This document shows positions 37,901 through 51,718 of a stretch of DNA of 57,637 nt, piece after piece. Below the pieces are notes generated by a model. It made no database searches. It was not told the DNA's origin and was given only the letters and a program-made list of their open reading frames with translations. How positions within the stretch are numbered: the first letter of the stretch is position 1; every line of letters starts with the position of its first letter. The translations under genes and the position numbers were made by a program. The DNA is taken from NCBI RefSeq assembly GCF_001194135.2, contig NC_068988.1, positions 19,035,708 through 19,093,344 on the forward strand. Direction: 5' to 3'. The stretch comes from Octopus bimaculoides (lineage: Eukaryota).

Positions 37901-39126
37901 GCTGCAGCAGCAGCAACAACAACACTTATTCTAGTTATTGCTTTTACTAAACTTGACACTGAATAAAATCAATCACAGATTCGTATATTGTTAGTATGAA
38001 AATGGCCGTCAGGAAATTAGGATAACTCAAACTATTCTACGTTTTGATATTTTTCTCTTACATACTTCTAACTCGTTTATTGGTTCTTCTTCTACTCTAG
38101 GTCTAAAACGTCAGTAGTTCTACTTTTCTTCTTTGAAATTACAAATATTCTTCATTGCCTTAATTTTATAAGAAAACTTTCTCCTCACAACCTTTCTTTT
38201 TTCCTCCCTAAAATCAATATTTCGTGTTCACACATTTTTACTGCCTAATTGCACTAATAACATTTTTCTCTCTCTGACTAAACTAATTATATCTGGATCA
38301 TTCAATAATTTGAGATCCGTTTGTGGATCGTTGGTGTTTATTTTTTAATCTTGTAGTCTTTTTTATCCCTTACATTTTCTCTGATATGATTCACAGTCGT
38401 ATGTTCAGTTAACGAAAAATCAATAAACTGAATTCTTCTAAACAAATATTACTTGAGGCTGGGAATAAAAGAAAATAGTATTTTCCCCAGTATTTCACAC
38501 ATTATTAGGGCTATCTCAATGTAACACCCTTTCATATGTCAGTATAAAAAATATATATTCTACTCCCAAATGAATGTTTGAAAGCCATTCCTTATTTAGT
38601 TGATAGTAACGTAAAAATGATGAGATAAATATATTCTTGGATAGACGTCAGACAATCAAAGTTGATGAGATACTTAATCTCTTTAGTTAACTTAACAGAT
38701 CCACTCTAAAATAAAATATCTAAAGTCTTTAACTTTTTGAATTTGAACTCAAAGGTTCAAAAGTAGCCATTTCATTTCTGCCTCTCAGAAAACCAGGGGG
38801 CTCCTCAAATGATACTCTACTCGTCATAAAGCAAAATGAAAGACCACTTTAAATAATATAGTCCAAGCTACTCTGCCTGCAATGAAGATGAAATGATCAT
38901 GGCTCGGCTGCTTCGTATTAGAGGTTTCTTGGATCAACGTCAACTTAGGCTAAATAAGAATAATGAATCAACGCAAGAATATTAACATGGTTATTCGAAC
39001 TACAAAATAGTAGTCAAATCGTCCTCAAATCATACTTTTCCATGTTAGATGATAAACACATATTTAGTAATATAATCGTAAGGTTCAATATATAAAGTAA
39101 ACATACAGGATCATCTCGGTTGGAAC

Positions 39127-39862
39127 TATCGTATTTGCCGGTGTATAAGCCGCACGCGAGTCTAAACCGCACCCCTGATTTTCGGTCCCTGACGGGGGAA
39201 AAACGTGGAGGAAACCGGAAAATAACTGGGGCTAATGTAAAAGGGAGAAAGGCGGGATGAATACAAACTTAAATTTCATGATGATTTCATATTTAACAAA
39301 CATTTCCGACTGCTATCATTGATTTTCATAATTATTAATGAAGGAAGATAAAGTCCAGGTTTTAAATGCAAGAGATAATAAGAGAACGTCATTTTATTAT
39401 GTGTGTTTACATGATTTATTCATATTGTGATCTTTATAATCTTTCTTGAAAAAGTGTGGTGCTAAAAATGACCGACCCTAATGGGTAGAGACTTCAACCA
39501 AAGCCTAAGAACTCTTCGTCGTCAAACGACCCGTTGAAGACCTTGTAAAGTTGATCGTCTGCATATGCCAGCTGATACTCGTCATCGTAGGAGTCAGAAG
39601 AGTTGGGAGAGATGGCGTCGTCTTTCCACAAAATGTCATATTCTGTGCCGTCGAGTGCGTTGGATATGCAGCACTTCAAGAAAGCCTACTTGATGATGTC
39701 TTCTGGAATCTCCTCCCAGAACTTCAGATCGTCCTCAAGTCAACTTTCTTCGTGCGCTCGGTCTTTGTCGTCTCCTTAGGTGCATTGGCCACCCAGTCCT
39801 CTCAGCGGTGCTTGAGACGGTTTTTAAATGGTTTGTTGATTGCAACATCAAAGTGTTGAAGA

Positions 39863-39865
<3 letters not shown>
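39127..39865 (-). mobile_element. pogo/Tc2-like DNA transposon, 3' portion (transposase C-terminus plus terminal region)
   Basis: Minus strand QHFDVAINKPFKNRLKHR*EDW...SWEEIPEDIIK*AFLKCCISNALDGTEYDILW...EEFLGF matches pogo-like DDE C-termini (QPLDV..NKPFK; KCCISNALDG); ends in TA + cgtatttgccggtgtataagccgca, a TIR-like end. Confidence 0.88.
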
Positions 39866-39945
<80 letters not shown>

Positions 39946-40590
39946 GTTATCTACACACAAACGCACATGCGTATACATGTACAAAATACTGTTTCGTTTA
40001 TACTGTGCTAGTACATTTGTTTATATTGATGAAGGTGACGTCCATTGATGACGCTGCTGCTGTTGTAGTCGTTGTTTAATCTCAAGTCAGCTTCGACTGA
40101 GTAGACTTATGATCAACATTATCACAGACGTGGCCATCCACATATTTTCTTTCAGATTTTCAGATCACCCGTTCTTTCTTTGTTTTTTTCATATGAGGCA
40201 TTAACATAAGAATCAGCCAGACTTGGCTACTCCTTCTATCTCATCAAACGACACCAAATAACAAGGTACAATCGATGATTCAATAATATCGATGCTTATT
40301 ATCAGCTAGTGAATGTTTACGATATTCGATCACCATTAATATCTATGAGATGATTTTTTTAAAGTATGTCAATAAAATCTAAAATCGATTAAATTCAATC
40401 TATTGCTGTATTTACTATGTTTGTCACAGTTCACTGTACTGCAATACGCTATTTCATCCTTCCAGGAATTATTCTTCATTTAATCGGATTATAGAATGAG
40501 CTCAAAACTTGCTTCCCGCTTTCTGCGTTAGCTTAAGGATTATTACCGTCATCGCCGTCATCAACATCGTCATCGTCGTCATCGTTATTG

Positions 40591-40626
<36 letters not shown>

Positions 40627-40653
40627 CCATCATCAGGATTATCATCATCATCA

Positions 40654-40684
<31 letters not shown>

Positions 40685-40711
40685 CGCTCAAATTGTTCTC
40701 GCAGCATCTTA

Positions 40712-40743
<32 letters not shown>

Positions 40744-40847
40744 AATATTCCAGGCGCTCCAAGAAGACCTATGATAAAGAGAGATGATGATGATGATGAT
40801 GATGATAATGATGATGATGATGATGATGATAATGATGATGATGATGA

Positions 40848-40872
<25 letters not shown>

Positions 40873-40895
<23 letters not shown>

Positions 40896-41095
40896 GTTTC
40901 AAATTTTGGCCCAAGACCAGCAAATTCGTGGGGAGTGTGTAAGTCAATTACATCAACTCCAGCGCTCAACTGGTACTCATTAAATCTCGAAAGGATAAAA
41001 AGACAAAGTCAACCTCGGCGGAATTTGAACTCGGTGCATAAAGACGCACGAAATGCTACAAAATATCTTGTCCAGCATTGTAACGATTCTGCCGA
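40873..41095 (-). mobile_element. SINE family B
   Basis: ggtttcaaattttggcccaagaccagcaaatt...aaagtcaacctcggcggaatttgaactc; flanked by (GAT)n on both sides. Confidence 0.88.
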
Positions 41096-41585
41096 AGATG
41101 ATGATGATGATGATGATGATAAGCATAGGAGGAGCTTGAGAAGGAAATTGTCACACACGTACATGTGTGAAGGGTTACAAAATTTCCTCTGGTCCAACAT
41201 GCTTCTTGGTTAACATAAGGGTAGCAAAAGCGTCTACCTCTCCACCCGCAGCTGTAAATCCTTACTATGTCGCTGCGCAGAACCTTTCGATGGAGCCTTC
41301 AAAACAATTGGAAATGGGAAGGGAAAAAAAACATCCTCAAAACGGGAGCCTGGTTCGAATTCTTGCACCGGAATTGTGTCTGCTCAAGGCTCCTAACGTG
41401 CCTCGTGGTAGTGTTATACCGGGCAACGAGTTAAGCCCATGTAGGTTACATCAGATTCTAAACCCAGAACACAAAAAAAAAACCTCCAACTAAATAACGC
41501 AAGGCAACCGGTTCGATTTCCTTACTTTCCTTTTCGACTTTCTGAAATCGATAAAGTAAGCAAAAGGCGATGCAATCGTCTATAC

Positions 41586-41927
41586 CGATGGTTCTCAATT
41601 CGGGTCCATATGGCCTCTGAGAGTCTATATAATATTTTGCGGGGTCCACGCAGCAATAGGGGATTGTGGCTCCACAATAGTTTTTTGAGGGCTACTGAAA
41701 ATATTTTGCTTCTGATGTATGTATTGCAAGAAACAGCTAAGTTTCCTTCTCTAGCATTTTACATGGTTCAACTTACACAAGTCAATGTGCGATAAACAAA
41801 AATGAAAATTTTGAAAAAATTTTTTATAAAACTAGTTTTTATACATCGAATGGTTATGGCGGTCCGCCAGAATAAAATAGTAATCAAAGGGGTCCATAGA
41901 TAAAAAAAAAATGGTTGAGAAACCCTG
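41586..41927. mobile_element. Non-autonomous hAT (Charlie-like) MITE
   Basis: TIRs cgatggttctcaa / ttgagaaaccctg; perfect 8-bp TSD gtctatac at 41578-41585 and 41928-41935. Confidence 0.92.
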
Positions 41928-42370
41928 GTCTATACATAACAAGGGTATGCTCCAGCGTGGCCACACTTGAATGACTGATAACAGTGCAAAGCTATATCAA
42001 AAATTTAGGAAAGACAGGTACTCTCATACATACGCACACAAGGTTACATGCGCACACACACAAGTCTATTGCATGCTTTCTAACCTGAAATCTGTAGATT
42101 TACAAGTTTAAAACTTACACAAGCACAAATATACAGACACATAAACACAATCGCATCATACATTTTTATATACACAGAAACACAGAGACACGGAGAAATA
42201 CATAGACATACACAGAAATACATAGAAATACATAGACATACACAGAAATACATAGAAATACATAGACATACACACGAGGAATTAACAACACAAACTGTCT
42301 CAGAACTACGCTAAATGACAAATATTTAAATTAAAAAGTGAAATTATCTAAAATATTTGGAGTTAACAAG

Positions 42371-42775
42371 ACGGCGAGGTGGCAGAAACGTTAAGCACGC
42401 CGGGCGAAATGCTTAGTGGTATTTCGTTTGTCTTTACGTTATGAGTTCGACTTAGCCGAGGTCGACTTAACCTTTCATCCTTTCTGGGTCGATTAAATAA
42501 GTACCAGTTACGCACTGGGGTCGATGTAATCGACTTAATCTCCCTTTGTCTGTCCTTGTTTGTCCCCTCTATGTTTAGCCCCTTGTGGGCAATTAAGAAA
42601 TAAGAAACGTTAGCACGCCGGGGAAAATGCTTAGCGGCGTTTCGTCCATCCTTACGTGCTGAGTTCAAACTGCGCCAAAGTCGACTTTGCCTTTTATCTT
42701 TTCGGGGTCGATAAAATAAGTACCAGTTGAAAACTGGGGATGAAATTACAGGCCTTGTGCCAAAATTTGACATCA
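42371..42775 (+). mobile_element. Head-to-tail SINE family B dimer (long-tail subfamily followed by short-tail subfamily)
   Basis: The first copy ends ...gccccttgtgggcaattaagaaataagaa and runs directly into acgttagcacgccggg of the second copy. Confidence 0.9.
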
Positions 42776-42784
42776 ATACATACA

Positions 42785-42965
42785 TACTCAGATTATAAAC
42801 TCACATTTATACCAATAATAAGAGGTACACTTGATTTTATGAATAAAGGCATTCTAGAAATGTCAAGTTTTTCAGAAAAAGAAATCAACCAACTAACACG
42901 TTCGTTGCAAACACAGTCTGTATGGGGAACAATAAAAATATACAAGACACTTCTCAGTTCGAAAT
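42785..42965 (+). mobile_element. RLE-type non-LTR retrotransposon ORF C-terminus (second family)
   Basis: YKLTFIPIIRGTL...FSEKEINQLTRSLQTQSVWGTIKIYKT resembles the RLE 'FIPIIIGALG...LQxxSxxGTxKIxK' end. Confidence 0.7.
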
Positions 42966-43156
42966 GTAACATTGCTTTTGTTATGAACAGTTCAACAACG
43001 AACTTGGATCTTACTTCGAAATCAAATCTTTCCTTACAGGAAATCCGCAAATAACCAGAAATAGTCAGGTACATACATATAAGCACGCACACAGACTTAT
43101 CTACGAACACAAACGCACAGACGATAACATACACGGACATGGATACATAGTCATGG

Positions 43157-43204
<48 letters not shown>

Positions 43205-43781
43205 TTATATATATGTGTATTTGTATATGTATGTGTATATATATATATATANNNNNNNNNNNNNNNNNNNNNNNNNNNNNNNNNNNNNNNNNNNNNNNNN
43301 NNNNNNNNNNNNNNNNNNNNNNNNNNNNNNNNNNNNNNNNNNNNNNNNNNNNNNNNNNNNNNNNNNNNNNNNNNNNNNNNNNNNNNNNNNNNNNNNNNNN
43401 NNNNNNNNNNNNNNNNNNNNNNNNNNNNNNNNNNNNNNNNNNNNNNNNNNNNNNNNNNNNNNNNNNNNNNNNNNNNNNNNNNNNNNNNNNNNNNNNNNNN
43501 NNNNNNNNNNNNNNNNNNNNNNNNNNNNNNNNNNNNNNNNNNNNNNNNNNNNNNNNNNNNNNNNNNNNNNNNNNNNNNNNNNNNNNNNNNNNNNNNNNNN
43601 NNNNNNNNNNNNNNNNNNNNNNNNNNNNNNNNNNNNNNNNNNNNNNNNNNNNNNNNNNNNNNNNNNNNNNNNNNNNNNNNNNNNNNNNNNNNNNNNNNNN
43701 NNNNNNNNNNNNNNNNNNNNNNNNNNNNNNNNNNNNNNNNNNNNNNNNNNNNNNNNNNNNNNNNNNNNNNNNNNNNNNNNN

Positions 43782-43834
<53 letters not shown>

Positions 43835-45292
43835 ATGTATGTATGTATATATGGCATCTCAGTGTATGTGTGTGCATGTTTGTGCATTAATGTGGGAATG
43901 TGTATGTGTGCGTTCGTCTCTTTCACTGTATATAGAAACTGGATATAAACTCATTCCTTCATATGTGCATTCGTTGTAATTTGTAAGAAACATATCTGAC
44001 GATCGTGTCCAGTGCTAGTATAGATTTGTTGATGCAGTTCTGTGCAAATATTCGCAGTCCCCAACATTTAAATGTTTTGTATATATATCCACCTATATAC
44101 AATCCTGTTAAAATATTGTAAAGAAACAAGCAACAAAAAGATCACACACACGCATTTTTGTACAAATATACCGTACAAGACATCTACAAAAGCATGCATA
44201 TAAACAAGACGTATATATACTCGTATGCGTTCACAAACATACATACACACAATGACAAATGCACCACACATACAATGACAAATAAAAACACGTGCACGTA
44301 TGCACATATACTCAAGCGCACGAACATGCACAAAAACACAGAATGACAAATACGAGCGCGCGCACACATGCACAAATATGCATGCATAAACACATGCATG
44401 CATGCATCCATGCACAAATACATATACACAATGAGAAATACAGATACACAGAAGCACACACACACGAACACATATTTTGCTGAGCACACAAACACACATA
44501 AATATATACTGAAGCACCACAAACACACGCTGTCACGCGCAGACATACTCACGCAGGTTCAGAAAGACACTGACGCGCGTGCACGATCAACACCACTCTC
44601 TCTCTCACACACACACACACACGCGCACACACGCACACACATACACACATACGCATTTGAATGGATTCGCAAGACATCTTAAACGAAAGATTCTTTTCTG
44701 ACTAATTCACTTATTCATTTGCCCCTCCCCCTCTCTCTCTCTCTCTCCCCTGTTTCTCTCTCTCTGTATCTCTTTCTCCCTCTTTCTCTCTCCCACTATA
44801 TCTCCCGCACGGAATCACACACATACGCACCCCCTCCAACGCACACAAATACATACCCGAGCGCGCAGATTTTTGACTAATACAAACGCTATAAATACGA
44901 ATACTGACTCATACACACACACACGCACACACACACACACACACACACAAACACAAACACACACACACACATGTACACATAAATACACACAAAACACCTT
45001 AAGCCGATGACAAGCTGACTAAAACTCATTTATTCATCCACTTATGCACGCTGTCAGAGTCACACGTATACACATCCATACACACACATATATATATATA
45101 TATATATACACATACATATGTGTAGAACCCCTCATAATATATACACAAAATGCATGAACATGAAAAATATCTTTAAGCCGATGACAAAATCACAAAACAC
45201 CCTCTCCCGCTCTCATTGACACATACACATACATACATCTACATAAATGTATGCATATACATAGACATATACGTACGTATATACACACACAC

Positions 45293-45331
<39 letters not shown>

Positions 45332-45421
45332 AATACACATACACACTCACATATATATATATATATATACAAATACACATACACACTCACACGCATATAT
45401 ATATATGCACATACAGAAGCG

Positions 45422-45467
<46 letters not shown>

Positions 45468-45469
45468 TG

Positions 45470-45503
<34 letters not shown>

Positions 45504-47487
45504 AGTGTGTGTGTGTGTGTATATATAAATATATACACGTATATATATATATGCGCACATTCCTGCATACACACACAAATTCTTGGATTCGCATATACAT
45601 ATACACATAATTTACACATATACATGCATAATTTACAGATGCGTAGACATTTTGCATCAATACACATTTACATGCACCCATATTCATGCATTGATACATA
45701 AATTTACACATCCAATGACATATACAAACCGGCATACATACACAAACACACGTACATACACAGTACATTCTCATACATACAGATATGTATACACACATAA
45801 TAACATACATACATGTTTACATTCATTTGCACATGCATACACACTTACACACATACATATGTACACATATTCATACACAGCTACATACATACACATACCT
45901 ACCTGCCTACATACATACATACAGACAGACATGCATACATGCATATATAGACATATACGTATACATAGATACGCAAATTTATACACAGCTAGAGGCTAAA
46001 AAAGTTTTATTTTTCAGGTGAATCTCAACATATCTCGGTTCATTGTGCAGCGAAGGTGACGTAGGGTTTTAAAACTTTCATTTTATTTTATAAATTCTTT
46101 ATTTCTTTCTTTATCTGTTGTCATATTACTCTCCCATTTCTTCAGCTTCCTTCCCGTTCCCCAAACCAACATAATCCAATTTGGTTTGGTGAACACGAGG
46201 GGAACCAAAAATAACGCTAAGAGATTACTTGCTACTACTTGCATCTCTGGTGTTTGTTTGGCCTCACGTAGAAACCATTCATTCAGTCTCAGTCATTGAC
46301 ACAATTTTTAGATTCTCGCACTTCGTTTTTTTACGCCCACCACCACCACCAAATCCCTCCTTCACCGCACTCCAGGAGCCAACTGGAGCCAACTGACAAA
46401 TAAATACCAGCTCTCCAACCCCTACACACTAAAATATTAGTAAAATTTTTTGTCACCTCCTTTTTAATAATGATAAGACAATATACAATTTGCTTCCATT
46501 CCATATTATTCTTCTTTCTTCGGTAACGGAGTTGGGCAAGTCAGAAAAAAAAATGTCAGGAACTATTTTAATTATGATAAAGATGGCAATTTGTCTGACC
46601 CCGTTTCAATTCTCGTAGCCCCCTAGTCCTCATTCTCCCGAGAAGAAGGAACTGCCATCCCCATTCATGAGTAACACTGAACTTTGGGAGACTGCCTCTA
46701 CGGGGTTCAATCGATTTGCTAGATATAGCATAGAAAAAAAAAAATCTCCTTGAAATCACAACCTACCACCTTAAAAAAACAAACAAAAAACCCCGCAAAA
46801 AAAAAAACAGAAAGCAAAGAAAAAACTAAAAACAAAAACAAAAGCAAGCAAGACAAAAAAGATAAACGAAAAAAAATAACTTAATAAAAACTGTCACATT
46901 TTCGAAATATATACTTAAAAAGATAGAATGGACACGGCTGGAATGTTTTTGATCATAGCTCTGCTCGACTCGATCAGTACTGACCTAGGGCTAAACAACA
47001 AACAATTCGTCAGTCACTTAACGAACCTTCTTCAATTTTCTCGACTTATTCACAAGGGAACTCCGTTTTTGGCATGTTGTGCTTCTAATCTCTCATTCAC
47101 ATCGGCTTTGCTTTTCAACTTGCCGGTGTCAATCAGTACAGAGGACCTTAGGTAATTTACCAAACCTCCAATTATCCCTTTATTAACAAAAATAAAAGCA
47201 TATACATATACTATATATATATATGTGTGTGAATGTATGTGTCTGTGTGTTGTGTGTGTGTATTTTGTGTGTGTGCGTGTGTGTATAAAGCCTAGTGCTG
47301 CGGAAGAAAATTAGTAGGTTTTATTGATATTTTTCTCCTAACCTTCATCATAATAACGTATCTTAATCTCCCAATAACATAGCATGTTCATATTTCGAGT
47401 GAGAGTAGATTTGAGGACTGTTCAGTAGCGTTTGACCCAATTGAAAATTTCTCAGCATTTATACAGAGATCTTAGAACAATGTAGTC

Positions 47488-48110
47488 TTAGAACAAATAT
47501 GGAAGTCAACTCTGCCAGATAAATTGAAGAGAAAGTTCAGAGCAGTTGTTGAATCTGTGCTTGGACTCTCACCAAGAGACTCAAGTGCATGCTGTACGGT
47601 GCCTAATTCCGCCGAGGTTGACTTTGCCTTTCATCCTTTCGGGGCCGATAAAATAAGTACCAGTTACGCACTGGGGTCGATGTAATCGACTTAATCCCTT
47701 TGTCTGTCCTTGTTTGTCCCCTCTATGTTTAGCCCCCTGTGGGCTATAAATAAATAAATACATAAATACACCAGAATGTTACATGCAGTGCTCAATATCT
47801 CTTGGAGGGAATACCTAATAAAACAACGGTTATATGGGAATGTACCAACTCTCTCATCAACCATCCAAGAGCGGAGATTGACGTTTGCTGGCCACAGCTG
47901 GAGAAGTAAAGAACTTGTGAGCAATGTGTTGCTGTGGACACCAAATCAGGGTACCACAGCAGTTGGAAGACCACGGAAGACGTATATACAACAGCTTGCA
48001 GAAGATGTTGGATGTCAAGTTGAAGACCTAAAAACACTAATGGTAGATCAGGATGGATGGAGAGAGTTAGTCAGGCTGGACCTAGCAATCAGCTTGACTG
48101 GATGATGCCT
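47488..48110 (+). mobile_element. RTE-X-like LINE 3' end interrupted by a SINE
   Basis: LEQIWKSTLPDKLKRKFRAVVESVL..WTLTKRL..GA|YTRMLHAVLNISWREY...RRLTFAGHSWRS...GRPRKTYIQQL...DGWRELV; (GAT) tail. Confidence 0.92.
47606..47766 (+). mobile_element. 5'-truncated SINE family B nested in the LINE
   Basis: attccgccgaggttgactttgcc...gccccctgtgggct + (AAAT)n tail, splitting the LINE codon TAC. Confidence 0.92.
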
Positions 48111-48289
48111 CGTTAAGAATATACAGAGATACTTAACAAAGTATTCTCTAAAAAACTATTAAATATTCATTGTACAGATATAAAAGTAATTTAAGAATGA
48201 AAAGGATTAGAAAATTTGAAAAAAATGCCCTGTTGCTATTATACAATTACAGTTCATTTTCTTCGCCATATTACCGATTCTGCAGAGCC

Positions 48290-48480
48290 ACACTAAAGAT
48301 TTTTAATGTAGGCATAAAGTCAGCAATTTTGGAAAGAAGATTCAGTCAATACCATCGGCCGCAGTACTTGATGCATTATTTTATCGGCCTTTGTTGCAAG
48401 GAGAATGGTCGAAGGTGTTCTCGGTGGGATTTGAACTCAGAACGTAAAGAGCCGGAATGAATACTGCAAGATTGTACCAA
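48290..48480 (-). mobile_element. SINE family B, old copy
   Basis: ggatttgaactcagaacgtaaagagccggaatgaatactgcaag. Confidence 0.7.
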
Positions 48481-48519
48481 TTCTGCAACACTTTTTATAA
48501 TTGGACCGTGATGGATTGC

Positions 48520-48780
48520 CATGCACCTCTTTATGTTCTGAGTTCAAATCTCGTCAACGTCAAACTTTGCTTCTCTTTCTTCCGAAGTCGATAAAACAAA
48601 TACAGTACGAGTTCAGAGTTCATTATTGTCAGCTGTCCCTAATCACCAAATTGTGTCCATGTAACGAGTAAGAAGATTCATTAACGAAGGCAGCAAAATG
48701 ATTTGCGAGATTTAATTTCGGTTTTTTACATTCAGAGCTCAAATTACATGACTATCAACTTTGCCATTCTCCTTCTTCAA
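48520..48780 (+). mobile_element. Two degenerate SINE family B fragments
   Basis: gttctgagttcaaatctcgtcaacgtcaaactttgc...gtcgataaaa; cagagctcaaattac...aactttgccattctcc. Confidence 0.6.
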
Positions 48781-49079
48781 CTGATGAAAATATGTACAAT
48801 ATTTTTTGCTACCACTTTTAACAGGAATTCACTTTTTGAGAGAGAAAGAGGTAGAGAGAGAGAGAGAAAGAGGGAGAGAGAGGATGTATGCGAATGAATG
48901 ATAGCCTTCTATGTGATCACATGTGTATTGTGTATTGTATTCTTGTGACAGTAATAAACAACTCTTGTGTCTTTATGACAATATTCAACATTAATGATTT
49001 CATGATACACGACCACGATTACCAAAACTGTGACCGAATTTGTGGTCTCATGTAATATTAATATGATGTATAAATCTTA

Positions 49080-49293
49080 AGGCGGTAAGCTGGCATATAT
49101 GTTAGCGCGCTGGACAAAATGTTTAGCGGGATTTCGTCTGTCTTTATGTTCTGATTTCAATTTCCACCAAGATCGACTTTACCCGTCATCCTTTCGAGGT
49201 CAATGCAATAAATAGCAGTTGAGTACTGGGATCAATGTAATCGACATAGCCCCTACCCCGAAATTGCTGGCCTTGCGCCAAAAGTTGAAACCT
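49080..49293 (+). mobile_element. SINE family B
   Basis: ggcggtaagctggc head to gctggccttgcgccaaaagttgaaac end. Confidence 0.85.
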
Positions 49294-50189
49294 ATATGAT
49301 TTATAAATAAGTCTGTTCGGATGTAATTCGGTATCATCGTATTAACTACCATATATATATATATATATATATATAATAATATTATTAGGGACAAAATCCA
49401 AAATTACAGGTAAAAAACTCAATTAAAATCAATTTATAAAAAATTAAATTGATGAGTTCTTGAAAATTGGTTATTTTCCCTANNNNNNNNNNNNNNNNNN
49501 NNNNNNNNNNNNNNNNNNNNNNNNNNNNNNNNNNNNNNNNNNNNNNNNNNNNNNNNNNNNNNNNNNNNNNNNNNNNNNNNNNNNNNNNNNNNNNNNNNNN
49601 NNNNNNNNNNNNNNNNNNNNNNNNNNNNNNNNNNNNNNNNNNNNNNNNNNNNNNNNNNNNNNNNNNNNNNNNNNNNNNNNNNNNNNNNNNNNNNNNNNNN
49701 NNNNNNNNNNNNNNNNNNNNNNNNNNNNNNNNNNNNNNNNNNNNNNNNNNNNNNNNNNNNNNNNNNNNNNNNNNNNNNNNNNNNNNNNNNNNNNNNNNNN
49801 NNNNNNNNNNNNNNNNNNNNNNNNNNNNNNNNNNNNNNNNNNNNNNNNNNNNNNNNNNNNNNNNNNNNNNNNNNNNNNNNNNNNNNNNNNNNNNNNNNNN
49901 NNNNNNNNNNNNNNNNNNNNNNNNNNNNNNNNNNNNNNNNNNNNNNNNNNNNNNNNNNNNNNNNNNNNNNCCCGCAATGGTAGGTTGGCTTTTACTCGCT
50001 TCTCGATTTCGTCAGCATGTTAAATTGTCAGTGGTATTGTGGCTCATTTGAGTATTTTTCGAGTCTTATTTCTAGAAACGCTGGTACTATCTTGTGCCCT
50101 TAATTATAAACTTATAAATTTACCTTTTTGGTTTTTATGCTTGTTTGCCACTTATATTACTATTATTTATTAATATTAATATCTTTATT

Positions 50190-50233
<44 letters not shown>

Positions 50234-50360
50234 AGACCGAAGGGACCGAATCTGACTAGGAGAAAAGAAACTGGAAGAGGGCACTTTGCCATGCATTGGG
50301 GATGGCAGAATAACCCAACCCTTTTGTGTGTGGTTTACTCCGGATTACCCTATGTGGGTG

Positions 50361-50408
50361 AAATCAACGTTGCCTAAAATCGACGTTACCTAAAATCGAC
50401 GTTGCCTA
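50361..50408. repeat. 16-bp tandem repeat x3
   Basis: aaatc(a/g)acgtt(g/a)ccta repeated three times. Confidence 0.9.
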
Positions 50409-50412
50409 AACA

Positions 50413-50555
50413 GGTGCATGGTGTAGCATGCCTCAGGTGTCGAAGATCAACGTGAGATGAAGTGTTTTGCTTAAAAACACAACGCACTACCCAGTGCAGG
50501 AATTGAAACGAGGATCTCGCGATCGTGAGTGCAGCGCCCAAACCACAAGGCCACC
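50413..50555 (-). mobile_element. tRNA-derived SINE head (family D)
   Basis: Reverse complement gtggccttgtggtttgggcgctgcactcacgatcgcgagatcctcgtttcaattcc followed by gttgtgtttttaagcaaaacactt (CORE-like). Confidence 0.75.
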
Positions 50556-50667
50556 TAATGTAAGACTTGTAAAACATCAGTTTCCCGGTTTAACGTTTTT
50601 TATAAATATACGTGTATTTCCACTGACAGGAAAATGAATGCTTATAAATACATACTCAACACACACA

Positions 50668-50711
<44 letters not shown>

Positions 50712-51002
50712 CAAACACATGCAAACACAGCATACACGCAACACAAACACACGTATACATACACTAACATCGTCAAAAGGATAAGCGATGTCTCGGTAGC
50801 GTTTGTAAAGAGGATAAAAATATATTCGACTATAAGGTATTCTATCAGAGAGACAAAACTCAGATTAGCTGAAAATATGGACGTGAAACTCGGAGTAATG
50901 GCAATTTAGAAACTTATAGTAACAATGTATTAAGGATTACATTGTTGTTATATATTGAGTTCCATCATTCACCACTTCTAATTTAATTAGAAATAAAGAA
51001 TA

Positions 51003-51035
<33 letters not shown>

Positions 51036-51683
51036 GTGNNNNNNNNNNNNNNNNNNNNNNNNNNNNNNNNNNNNNNNNNNNNNNNNNNNNNNNNNNNNNN
51101 NNNNNNNNNNNNNNNNNNNNNNNNNNNNNNNNNNNNNNNNNNNNNNNNNNNNNNNNNNNNNNNNNNNNNNNNNNNNNNNNNNNNNNNNNNNNNNNNNNNN
51201 NNNNNNNNNNNNNNNNNNNNNNNNNNNNNNNNNNNNNNNNNNNNNNNNNNNNNNNNNNNNNNNNNNNNNNNNNNNNNNNNNNNNNNNNNNNNNNNNNNNN
51301 NNNNNNNNNNNNNNNNNNNNNNNNNNNNNNNNNNNNNNNNNNNNNNNNNNNNNNNNNNNNNNNNNNNNNNNNNNNNNNNNNNNNNNNNNNNNNNNNNNNN
51401 NNNNNNNNNNNNNNNNNNNNNNNNNNNNNNNNNNNNNNNNNNNNNNNNNNNNNNNNNNNNNNNNNNNNNNNNNNNNNNNNNNNNNNNNNNNNNNNNNNNN
51501 NNNNNNNNNNNNNNNNNNNNNNNNNNNNNNNNNNNNNNNNNNNNNNNNNNNNNNNNNNNNNNNNNNNNNNNNNNNNNNNNNNNNNNNNNNNNNNNNNNNN
51601 NNNNNNNNNNNNNNNNNNNNNNNNNNNNNNNNNNNNNNNNNNNNNNNNNNNNNNNNNNNNNNNNNNNNNNNNNNNNNNNNNNN

Positions 51684-51718
<35 letters not shown>

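Noticed and set aside
38860-38985. Protein-like frame YSACNEDEMIMARLLRIRGFLDQRQLRL
   Set aside because: No credible acceptor, short, and no family match recognised
41167-41493. 108-aa plus-strand ORF or exon before the hAT MITE
   Set aside because: No recognisable motif; competing splice-like readings on both strands; consistent with chance in a slightly GC-richer block
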